Below are positions 11,495-22,699 of a stretch of DNA of 64,000 bases, piece after piece. This DNA comes from Octopus vulgaris. Taxonomy: Eukaryota. The stretch lies in assembly GCA_951406725.2 (NCBI GenBank), contig OX597815.1, positions 121,396,001 to 121,460,000 on the forward strand. The letters run 5' to 3'. The number at the start of each line of letters is the position of its first letter. The stretch's first letter is position 1. A program made the position numbers and the translations under genes. The notes beneath the pieces are model-generated. The model was not told the origin of the DNA and did no database searches. It saw nothing but the letters and a program-made list of their open reading frames with translations.

Positions 11495-12030
11495 TTTTGT
11501 TTGTTTGTGCGCATATGTGTGCGCCACTATGTATGTGTATACATACATGTATGTATGTATGTATGTATGTATGTATGTATGTATGTATGTATGTATGTAT
11601 GCATGTATGTAAGTATGCATGTATGTATGTATGTATGCATGTATGTATGTATGTGTGTATGTATGAATGTATGTATTATGTGTGTATGCATCTATATGTA
11701 TGCGTGTGTGTACATTTCTATGTATGTATTCTGCATATTCATGTATTTGTGTGTTCACGTTTGTGTTCGTATGTGTGTGAAGTGTGCGTATGTGTATATG
11801 GTCGTATGTTTCAGTCTTCTTTTGTGTATGTGTTTATGTATGTGTGTGTGTGTGTGCTTGCCTGTCCATATTACCTATGTACCCCCCTATCTACATATCT
11901 ATCTGTTTACTTACTTATTCATTTACCTACTTATAGAAATATATATGTGTGTCTGTTTGTGTGGTGTCTGTGTGTGTATGTGTGTGCGCGTGTGTGTGTG
12001 TGTGTGTGTTTGTGTGTGTATATCTACCTG
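11495..12030. repeat. Long compound (TATG)n/(TG)n microsatellite
   Basis: Directly visible; explains ORFs 11479-12183 and 11501-12097. Confidence 0.95.
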
Positions 12031-12049
12031 TATAAACTGTGGGTATTGG

Positions 12050-13735
12050 AGTATCACTACCTTCTACGTATATTTAGTACTGGCGATGTTTATCTGAGTG
12101 CTGGGTCTTCCGGGTGCTTTGATAAAATGTGGATATCAAGTCGACCCAGTGTGCTTCCATGCTGGTCTTTGGTATGTTGGTAGAGTATGGAGGACTGCTT
12201 TTTGTCGTCATATTGTCTCAAATGTTCGTTTAGTCTCTCCGCAATACTTCTAGATGTCCCCACAGTGTATGTCATGTTCTTGTCTTTACAGGTACCCCCT
12301 ATGCACCTTATCCTGCAGACTACATTTCTAATTTTCTAGTTCTACAGTTAATGGCAGGGTTAATCTTACATATCAGGTAATCCTCAATGGTGCATCTAGC
12401 ATTCTTTACTACTTCTGCGCAAATTCGGTTTGCCAGGTTGAATGGAATGTTTGGCTTTGTGTGTTTAGATATGTATGTATGTATCTATGTAGTGAAGGCG
12501 CGTGGCTTAGTGGTTAGGGCATTCAGCTCACGATTGTAAGGTCGTGAGTTCGATTCCCGGCGACGCGTTGTGTCCTTGAGCAAGACACTTTATTTCACGT
12601 TGCTCCAGTCCACTCAGCTGGCAAATATGTGTTGTACCTGTATTTCAAAGGGCCGGCCTTGTCACACTCTGTATCAAGCTGAATCTCCCTGAGAACTACG
12701 TTAGGGGTACCTGTGTCTGTGGATTGCTCAGTCACTTGCACGTTAATTTCCCGAGCAGGCTGTTCCGTTGATCGTATCAGCTGGGACCCTCGTCATCGTA
12801 ACCGACAGAGTGCTCCTACGTATGTATGTATGTTATGTATTCTAGGCTATCAGATGTATGTATGTATGTATGCGTACATGCATGTAAGTATATATGTATA
12901 TTTGTGTGTGCGTGTGTGTATGCCTTTGTCCGTGTGTGCGTGCTTTGTGTATATATGTGTGTATGTGTGTGCATGTGTATGTATGTATCTATGTAATAAT
13001 ATAGATATAAACTCTTCGAATCAATAAAATACATAATTATGATCTGATGGAGCTCCCTGGCTTTTCAATGTTGAGTTTGGCCTCCTTCAGAGTTTTCCTA
13101 AATCTTCGGACTAGTTCTCCATGGGCTGTGTCCTCTACAAACATCACTCCTTGATATTTGTCGGCCTTGTACCATGTGTTCACCTTGATTGCTTTGTCAC
13201 AAACTCTCTATATCCTATTCCAGTCTCTACTTCTATATCTAGGGCAGGTTTCATTACATATAATGCTATCTAAGTTCATTCTAGCTCCCCTGTATACTGG
13301 AAGCCTATCTTTCTGGTCATATCCAGAGAATTGTATGCGGTGCATGAAGTTCTCTACATGTTCCTTTGTCTCGTAACGGTCGCATAGGGAGGACACGTTG
13401 TTCATTATCCTAATTAATTTTGCTATTAGTATGTTGATTTTCATGTTATGTGACAAAGCTGAGTTTTTGTGAACAACATATTTAGAAGGTATGGGTCTCA
13501 TGTAATAGGAGTGGAGGAGCTGCACTCTGTTGTTCACAGTCTCTAACCAAAGTTTAGTATCAAGGACAGGGAGCCTATTATTAAGCTGCCTAGTGGGGTA
13601 ATCTACAGTTACCTTGATACTTTGGTGGATGGAGTTAGCTATGTGCTGGATGCTCTCCATTATGCTCCTCTCAGTTTCTACACCACAGTTACTAGACTTT
13701 GTCCTAACTAGAATATCAATGTCATACCACACTTA
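12050..13735 (-). pseudogene. Penelope-like element 3' part (RT thumb, Cys-rich linker, GIY-YIG), interrupted at ~12425-13035
   Basis: ORF 13208-13732 (VTVDYP...RLPVLD...YYMRP...NSALS...FSGY); 13040-13180 WYKADKYQGVMFV; 12090-12400 C-x4-Y-x2-C-x7-CRTR, then YTVGTSRSIAERLNEH...ILYQH. Confidence 0.85.
12493..12816 (+). mobile_element. tRNA-derived SINE (family S3), well preserved
   Basis: A box TGGCTTAGTGG, B box GTTCGATTCC, then TGTGTCCTTGAGCAAGACACTT conserved SINE body motif. Confidence 0.9.
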
Positions 13736-14414
13736 CAGTAAAGCAAATCACTTGTGGATTGTTCAGCTAAGGATTGTTTAGGTTTTCTCTCCCACATATA
13801 TAAAACATACAAGGGTGTATTTTTCCCCTCTGAAGATATTATGTTCAGGATATATGAATTTAATATTTAATTAATTAACTGAGTATTAATTGAAACAGCT
13901 GTAAGAGATGATGATTGATTTGTTCTTAATAATAAAAATTATAACTTTCCAATCTCCATTTTCATTTCTTCTCTTTTATATATATGTGTATGTGTGTGTG
14001 TGTGTATGTGTGTGTGTGTGTGTGTGTGAACATCCATTGACTAAGTTGCACAAGCAACGAAAATTTTGGAAATTTTTCGGTGGGGGAGAAAAAATATAAA
14101 TAACAAATAAGTGGAAATTGAACAGGTGAGTGTCAGAATTAAAGCAGTATGAATCTCCCAGGACAACAATACACACACACACACACACACACACACGCGC
14201 GCACACATAATTGAAATAGGTTTTTAAGGAAAAAAAAAAGAGCATACGTTGTGTAATTAAGTAATTGCACTGTTGAAAGGTACGCTGGTGTGGTTTTTGT
14301 TTGAAAAGAAAATCTCTTCGCGGACATGTTGAGATAGAAACAGAAGCATTGCAGTCGATGTAATCGATAAGTCCAGGCTTTGTGTCTGTAAGTGGAAAGG
14401 ATTATTTAGCAATA

Positions 14415-14835
14415 GGATCTTTTCGGTTTGACCGGCAGTTTTTTCTAGCGGCGTCATATGAAATTGTCACCCATAATTATGACCCTAGTATCGATCTAAT
14501 GCATTTCAATCTGTCTTAGGGTTAGAGTTAGGGTTAGGGATGGGGGGAAGGGTATCTTTTTTTCTTTAGAAATGTAAATAAACCCAATCTATTTCTTAAA
14601 CGAGGGACATATTCATACGGCACAGAATGTTTTCACCTCAATAGACGTCATTGATTGGTTGAAATTGCAGAAATTGAAGAAAAAAACAACAAATATCTTT
14701 CAAACTATAGAATTTTCTCAATAAAGCCAAGAGAAAAAGATGTTTTATAAACACATTCTACCAGTATACGAAGTTTAAAAGTGTTTAGTTACGTGGAAAT
14801 TATTTGAAAAAACTGCCGGTCAAAGTGAAAAAACC
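14415..14835 (+). mobile_element. MITE with ~30 bp TIRs and internal TTAGGG repeats
   Basis: GGATCTTTTCGGTTTGACCGGCAGTTTTTT / AAAAAACTGCCGGTCAAAGTGAAAAAACC; TA on both flanks; second copy 39565-40010. Confidence 0.85.
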
Positions 14836-15119
14836 TAGAAATACATTTGAATTTTAGCAACCTCGTAATATTATTTTCTAAATTCTCAACGCTTTAAAAA
14901 AAATTACTAATCAGAACGTGTGTGTGTGTGTGTGTGCGTGTATGTATGCACGTACACAATCTTCTTCCTTCGAAGCTAGTCTTCTTAACATGGTTGTATC
15001 CTTAGTATCTATATTATTTCTTTTCCGATGATATGAGTCATGGGGAAAGAAGGAAAACGTGAGTACCACAACGTTCAACTCTTATGAGGCCTAAGTAGCT
15101 ATATTATTACTTCGCTAGA

Positions 15120-15480
15120 TTGTCGGTAATGACTTCTGAAGTGTGTAGCTTTAACCATTTGTAACGAAGAAATCAGTATGTTAGAAATGGCTGAAAGACT
15201 GGTTCTGTAATCAACTTAGATATAACAGTGAATAACTTTGCTCTCGGCATTCCATTTCTTATAGCTTCCAGTGTTGATATAAGTACATGGCATTTTCTGC
15301 GTTTAGTTTTGCTAAGACCTTTCGAGTCAATGCAATGTAATTCATCTGCTATTGCAACAATAGCACCAAACTAACTCAGTCTGTTGGATCAGTGACCTTC
15401 TTTATGCACTTTTCGTTCTTAGTCTTTTTATTTTCCACCTTCTATTCATCACAGCAACTGAACACGCTGTAGATATTCTG
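15120..15480 (-). pseudogene. Gypsy-type RT N-terminal remnant
   Basis: Minus strand reads IKKVTDPTD*VS, CIDSKGL, STLEAI...PRAKLFTV, RYKWLKL. Confidence 0.5.
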
Positions 15481-15518
15481 TCTGAGGTGTGCTATTAGAA
15501 CGATAGTATATTAGTATA

Positions 15519-15600
<82 letters not shown>

Positions 15601-15784
15601 CTAAATCAACGTTCTTCTCATTTCGTGGAATGACTATTGCAGTTCTTTGTTGTTGTTGGCAGACTAAAGTGAAATGTTCTCGCTTCTTACAGATGTAACG
15701 TGTCTAATTGAACCATACACATACATACACATTAACACCCATATTCTTTTCCACACGCATATATATATTCTCCCCCACTCTCTT

Positions 15785-15844
<60 letters not shown>

Positions 15845-16010
15845 ACAAGATTTTTCATTTAACATCACTAACACATGTCCAGTGTCCTGATCCATACAAA
15901 ATATCTGTACAAAGTTACACGTTTACATACATATAGACATGTGAGTACATGTATAGGTGTGTGTGTATGCAAATATAAATGTATGTGTGCATGTGCTTGT
16001 ACGTATATGC

Positions 16011-16041
<31 letters not shown>

Positions 16042-17039
16042 TGTATGTATGTATGTATAGATAAAGTTGGTCTGTCAAATTCAACATTGAAGAAATGCTT
16101 TTATTAGTTTTCGTTTACTTTTAATTTGATATAAATTATTTAAAAAGAGCTATTTATATCTCTGATATTCCTTTTATATTTTACTCATTTTTTGCTTTAA
16201 ATCACCAACAGCACAGCTAGCTTTTCACCCACCGAATAATAATTTCCCCCCTTCTCTGGTTATGAATGAATTTGTAAGAATTCCTACCAGTTATTTTGTG
16301 AAGACTAATTCAAAGCATACAGTTTATCTTGTAAAATTTGTAGCAAAAAAAAATCTTTTTCACTTGAGAATATTTATTGAAATGTCGTAGGACATTGACC
16401 GGATTCGTGTTTTATCATTAAATTCTATTTTCCATATTTCACATGTTTGAAATTATGCACTATAAGTATCATTAAATCAACATTTAAAATGCTGAAGCTT
16501 TCAGGTTTAAAAGTTGTTAAAGATAATCTGTGTCATAACTCAAGGACGTAGCGATGATTTCGACCAGTGTGGCGGGTACGTATGTTCTAAATTAAATTGG
16601 ATCCACTTTTAAGCTGCCTAATTTACGAAAAACGCTGAGCTAAAAATATATCAGATGATATATTTACACAGAGCTGCGGTGGTGGTGGCAACAGTGACGT
16701 TAAGTTGTCCGAACTTGTTGACCCCCAGGCTCCGAGGGTGCAATTTAAAGTCACTGAGTAGTTTTGTTGCAAATGAAATTGTTTCCGAATTCGGTGTAAC
16801 CTCAAACAATCTTATTACCACAACATATTAATTTTCTGCTGCAGACTAGTACAATATTAGTCACAGTTTTTTTTCTTTTTTTGTCTCTTGTTTTTCTCTT
16901 TTACGTTAGTTAAATATGACCCTGGCACATATCTCCATTTTGTCTCCACGATATATAATTTTCTTTTCTTTATTTTATCATTAGCAGCTTGTAAGGTTTG
17001 TTTACAACTTGTAAAGTTTCAGCACTCACACATATTATA

Positions 17040-17094
<55 letters not shown>

Positions 17095-17095
<1 letters not shown>

Positions 17096-17590
17096 GGTAT
17101 GTAGAAAAATACAACATGGACAAGAACGTATAACTCTTAGAAGACGATACAATAAACACGGACAGGACATTCGAAACCCTCAGTCTTCAGTCAAGAACCG
17201 GATCATCGTAGTAATTTCGGCTGATTAATCTTGAGATTACTAGATCACGGCCAGCCCTCCAAGAAAAACTAAGCAACGAGCATTAGAAAAACTAAGCTGG
17301 GAGCGTAGATTTCCTGGAAGAAGGATCGAATGCATACGGACACCAGGACAGCAAAAGGGACGAATATAAAAAAACAAAAAATAATGGAATACAGAAACAT
17401 GAAATACAGAAGCATTAACGGTGAAAACAACAACAAGTGTCTTACGACTGATAACAAGCAAACAAATTTTTTCTCTGGCGCAAGGAAAGGAGCCTTATCG
17501 GCGATGCCTATAGCGGCGGACGAAAAACAACGATGTTAACACGACGCTGGTCAGAAGCTGAAAGGCAGATTTCGGCCAGCAGTCACTATG
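17095..17590 (-). mobile_element. (TA)n-anchored non-coding element (family B)
   Basis: Lies between (TA)n and (TG)n; 17095-17220 is homologous to the arms of 61940-62195. Confidence 0.7.
17180..17252 (-). ncRNA. Candidate hammerhead ribozyme with rearranged strand order (family B)
   Basis: Minus strand: GGCCG t GATC TAGTAAT C TCAAGA ttaa TCAG cc GAA ATTACTA cgat GATC CGGT TCTTGA CTGAAGA CTGA. Confidence 0.65.
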
Positions 17591-17593
17591 TGC

Positions 17594-17629
<36 letters not shown>

Positions 17630-17706
17630 ATTTTATCTATATATCTAAATATCTATATACCTATATATCAACCTATATAGTGTATGTGTGTGTGTATATT
17701 TGTATA

Positions 17707-17749
<43 letters not shown>

Positions 17750-17788
17750 TAATATAGATAATATTATATGTATGTATGTATGTATGTA

Positions 17789-18835
17789 TGTATTTAGTGG
17801 ACCCTTAGTGAAATCCTTTCTCTCTGACATATATAACATAAATACGGACGTAGCAGATAACAGTTAACCTTCGGCCGCTTGGACCCTGTTCTGTCCACTA
17901 CTTTGATTGGTTGGTTTTGGTGCAGTTTGTCTCTTGCTTTATTTCGCGACAATGTGCGACTCAACCAATCGCAACCTTCCGATAAGGTCCCGTGACACTT
18001 TTTCTAAAGCTCTGTTTGAGCCTATAATTGGTTATAAAACCCAGCGATTCATCGAATCGAGAGTCTTTGGTTCTAGTCCTTCTAAAGACTAACCTCCGAT
18101 CACAGAGCATCCAGCGACACACAGCCAGTTCTAGCGACAACACCAACACCAGCAGTATTTCAGGATCTTCACCACTGTCGACTTCAACTTAACGTCGCCT
18201 TCAATCTTAACGTCATCTCCACCACCGTAGCTTTCATCTTATCGACGCCAACATTCGCCTAGGTTTAACTTCACGCTGTTTGTGAATATTTCACCATGGT
18301 TAACAGCAAGCTCTACCTGCAAGAATTTCCTGTATCAAGTAACCCGGCACAGCATAGAAGCCACAACCACTTACTCGACATGAGTTTCAACCGGCTCTGC
18401 AATTTGTAGCCTCAACTTCTTGTACAGAACTAACTATTGTGTAACTTACTACGAACTAGTATCTATATTTACCTTGTGTCTGAACATTCATCTAGCGTTC
18501 TGTTATAGACTCTTTCTATTGCTCTGTATTTTATCTCACACGCATAACCCTTGTTTGTACACACATACACATTATTGTATGCTTGACGGCCAGTCTATTA
18601 TTATTACTATTATGTATGTACTTATGTCGCACTCACGGACACACGTTGCTACCCACATGCCAACATCTAAATAAAACCTTTCTCTTAAATATATTACGGT
18701 TGTGTCGTCTTCTCCTTATTCCTTTCTGGCACCTGTATTCATTTATCCATGTTTTGGTTTTATTGTAAGGCGACCGTGTGGTGTTTAAAGGAGTCAGTCA
18801 TTCATCACCTCTTCTTTTCGCACGGTCGTTCTACA
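17789..18835 (+). mobile_element. Probable solo LTR inserted in a microsatellite
   Basis: TGTA...TACA termini, TATAAAA near 18033, AATAAA near 18670, no ORF; TSD not resolvable. Confidence 0.45.
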
Positions 18836-18843
18836 CATACACA

Positions 18844-18946
<103 letters not shown>

Positions 18947-18947
18947 T

Positions 18948-19051
18948 TTATTTAAAAGCAGCAGAAATATAAGAAAAGCTGTTATCCAGAGTTTCATGTT
19001 CATGAAACTCTGAGTAACAGCTTTTGCTATATTTCTGCTGCTTTTAAATAA
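18948..19051. repeat. Near-perfect ~50 bp-arm palindrome beside (TA)n
   Basis: TTATTTAAAAGCAGCAGAAATATA...AGAGTTTCATG tt CATGAAACTCT...TATATTTCTGCTGCTTTTAAATAA. Confidence 0.9.
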
Positions 19052-19129
19052 CGCATATTACTCTACCTCTGGTATTTGAGTACTCTTTTTTCCACCTTGT
19101 TTCACATTCATGTACTTACTCCGGTATCA

Positions 19130-20147
19130 ATGAGAGACAGAATGGAAAACAAGACAAATAAACAAAGAGAACGACCCTCCATCAGTTGTCGGCTGTCTGA
19201 GAATTCAACGACAATATGAGTCTTCAAAGACAGTTGCTCTCAAAAATTCCGAAATAAAATTTAGGATTTATGGAGGGTCAAAGTTGGGAACAAAAACAGA
19301 ACAGTGGAGACATACAAGGAAACCGAACGAAAACAAACATGGAGGGTTGTTAGACCAGAATGCGAAGAAAATAGTGAACGCTGGGAGAAATATTTTCTAT
19401 GAAAAGAGAAAAGATAGAAGAGAGAGAGAAAGAAAACGTCCAGCCCTTTGAATGTCCGTGCAGGAAAAGAAAGATGGTCACGCGAGGAAAAGAAAGATGG
19501 TCGATGGTCACGTGTGAGCAACGAGAGAGAGAAAAAGAGAAAGAGGGGGAGAGAGAGAGACAGGTAGAAAACGCTGAAGAGGAGAAAAAGGGAATTAGAG
19601 AAATATGGGAGGAAACAGTACAGAGTAGAGTCACATGAAAAAGGTTAAGATAAACTGACTAGAAAATGGATGCGTTCAATCAAATAATAATATACAAATA
19701 ATATATATCATCCATCTTTCTTTTCCTGCACAGACGTTCAAAGGCCTTGACGTTTTCTTTCTCTCTTTTCTATCGTTTCTCTTTTCAAAGAAAATATTTC
19801 TCCCATGTTCACTATTTTCCTCTCGTTCTGGTCTAACGACCCTCCATGTTTGTTTTCATTCGGTTTCCTTGTATCTCTCCACTGTCCTGTTTTTGTTCCC
19901 AACTTTGACCCTCTGTAAATCCCAAATCTTATTTTAGAGTTTATGGGAGCAACTGTCTTTGATGACTCATATCGTCGTTGAATGCTCCAAATGAGGAGTA
20001 GATAGACAGCCGACAACTGATGGAGGATCGTTCGCTGAGTTTACTTGTCCTGTTTTCCATTTTTTCTCTCGTTGTTAGAGTATTTAACTCGTTTGTTTTT
20101 CGTATTTCATGTTGTTTACACAGTTGATGACGTCCTGTACCCATATA

Positions 20148-20150
<3 letters not shown>
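19130..20150. mobile_element. Inverted pair of family A elements (arms ~19141-19477 and ~19712-20062)
   Basis: Arms are clearly colinear reverse complements; right copy ends GTCCTGTACCCATATATGCA(TA)n. Confidence 0.85.
19953..20033 (+). ncRNA. Rearranged hammerhead motif, core mutated
   Basis: CTGTCT ttgatga CTCAT A TCGTCG ttgaatgctc CAA ATGAG gagtagat AGACAG c CGACAA CTGATGG; left-arm copy has TTGTCG, giving a perfect helix I. Confidence 0.55.
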
Positions 20151-20213
<63 letters not shown>

Positions 20214-20229
20214 AAATGAGAAAATGGAG

Positions 20230-20277
<48 letters not shown>

Positions 20278-20344
20278 ATGAATTATTTATATTGTTATTT
20301 AATTGAACTCCACCCATCCATTTCCAAGTAAGTTTATATATATA

Positions 20345-20705
20345 TACGAGCAAAACGCCCCCTGTCCAATGAACGGTGCTGAGTTGTCAAACATTTACAC
20401 CAAATTTTCTCAAAACAACTTGTCCGACCGTCCCATAGGCCTCCACTTCGAGAAACAATGATTTAACCTAAATTTGAGACACCAGCAAAAGAAGAAATAA
20501 AGATAGACAAATGCACGTTCCCACGGCTTTATCGATCGCATTCTCACCTGGAATCGATTTTTGTAATTTTTTCAAGACTTATACACGCCCTGATACCGCC
20601 AGTATCTACACATCAAATTTGAGCGCAATCGGATGGAGAATGCCCGAGATCCTAGAAGACACACACACATACACATAGACAGAACAGATTTTATATAATA
20701 TATAT
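20345..20705 (-). mobile_element. Non-autonomous Helitron-like element
   Basis: Minus strand begins TATATAAAATCTGTTCTGTCTATGTGT...CATCCGATTGCGCTCAAATTTG, the same layout as 62580-62951; 3' end degenerate (GCTCGT). Confidence 0.55.
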
Positions 20706-21883
20706 ATATATGTATACATACATACATACATACATACATACATACATACATACATACATACATACATACATACATACATACATGTATATATGTATGTATA
20801 TACGTGTGTGTGTGTTTGTATATATCGGACGTCGGACGGAGTCAGTTAAAACAGATTTTCTATGGTTGGATGACTTTCCTGTCGCTAACCCTCACCTGTT
20901 CCTAAGCAAGGTAACATCGTCCCTGGTATGTTTTCGCAGAATATTGTTGTATAACAGTGATGCCCAATTACAACTATCATTCAATGTCAAGACAAGGAGG
21001 CACAAACATAACCTACTCTCTCTCCCTCACTTACATGCACACATACACACACGCACATACATATACATGCTTGTACATAAACGCACACATATACACACAT
21101 ACACACATTCACACACACACGCTCATACATATACATACTTGTACATAAACACACACACAAACACATATCGAAGTTATTCAGTTATGTTTATATTTGCATA
21201 GAGGCTTGTTCTGAGAATGTGTGATTGAAACGGAAATAATTACATTGGGAGAAGAGACATTTTAGGCATTTGAGGACATAAAATAACTGTTATATTCCCA
21301 TTTCATTTATCTCTTAATAGTTTCAGAACTGAAGTTCACAATATTTCGTACACTCTAAGTGTTTGAATGTGATATAGTTTCTGTCTTTCTTTCGTCTTCT
21401 GCTAAATGTAAATTCGTAATGATATTTAAGATAACACCATTCTTGATCCAGTTCGTGAAAACCTCTCAATTCGTTGGAATTCACTTTAATCCTCTAGTCA
21501 TTTGTGTTTAATGAACCACCGTAGGCCAATTATACTTAGTGCGTTTTAGTTTCACAACAAAAGCCAAAACACTTGAGTAAGACAGCGAAATCTAGTTGAG
21601 GGGAAATACTTCATATTTACAAGATTTAAATAGGCCAATTTTCTGGTATTTAGCAAATTGCGTCTATATTGATATATATATGGTCAAAATATAATTCTCT
21701 GAAACTAGCGAGAAAAATTATTCTTCGTGTAAATATTTTGGTAGTTCGATTAAATTTTTCATTCAGCTGTTTATGATTTAATATCAGAAGATCAGTATCA
21801 AGAATTATGGCCTGTAAGATTTAAAACGTGGGATTCGTCGGTTCGGAGCGGAAGAGTCAAAGAGAAGCCCGTGAATAAATTCA

Positions 21884-22082
21884 GGCGCAGGAGTGGCTGT
21901 GTGGTAAGTAGCTTGCTTACCAACCACATGCTTCCGGGTTCATTCCCACTGCGTGGCACCTGGGTAAGTGTCTTCTACTGTGAGTGGATTTGGTAGACGG
22001 AAACTGGAGGAAGCCCGTCGTATATATATACATATGTATGTATGTGTGAGTCTGTGTATATATACATATATATATATGTATG

Positions 22083-22126
<44 letters not shown>

Positions 22127-22355
22127 TGTGTGTGTATATGTTTGTGTCTATGGTTGTCCCCACCACCACCATCGCTTGACAACCGATGCTGGTGTGTTTA
22201 CGTCCCCGTAAGTTAGCGGTTCGGCAAAAGAGACCGATAGAATAAGTACTAGGCTTACAAAGAATAAGTCCTGGGGGCGATTTGCTCGACTAAAGGCGGT
22301 GCTCCAGCATGGCTGCAGTCAAATGACTGAAACAAGTAAAAGAGTAAAAAGAGTA
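21884..22355 (+). mobile_element. tRNA-derived SINE (family S1) with internal microsatellite
   Basis: A box GTGGCTGTGTGG, B-box-like GGTTCATTCCC, internal (TA)n/(TG)n, tail GACTGAAACAAGTAAAAGAGTAAAAAGAG; matches 52949-53338. Confidence 0.9.
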
Positions 22356-22699
22356 TCGTTCTTGAATTTTAAGAGGCGATTTCTCTCCCATGGGGCCTGA
22401 AAAATCTCTCAGCGAAATTTCTCTGGGAATCTCTGTCGAAAACGGGTGGGGATAGCGGTAGTGTAACTAGATAGGGGGCGGATTTGCTGTAAATACCTCT
22501 AAGGGCTTATGAGTCCGGGGCATGGTAAACTCCAGGGCTGCCCTGAGCGGCACTTACCCTAGCTACGTTTGTGGGAGATTGTATTGTTTTCAAATCTTAA
22601 TTTTTGTCAAACACTTCCTAAAGCAGCCCTTGTTTAGAATCCCTCCAATAATTCAGTCTTCTCCATTCGTATTAAATTCCTGTTTGTTTTTATTAGTAT

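Noticed and set aside
11479-12183. 234 aa ORF and the many [12 protein letters not shown] ORFs throughout the window
   Set aside because: They are translations of stop-free microsatellites, not genes.
12300-12420. Possible selenocysteine (UGA) codons in the PLE Cys-rich linker
   Set aside because: Cys positions read TGC/TGT or TAC; no in-frame TGA seen.
12497-12570. tRNA-like sequence with A and B boxes
   Set aside because: No proper acceptor stem and it continues into a repeated SINE body; it is a SINE head.
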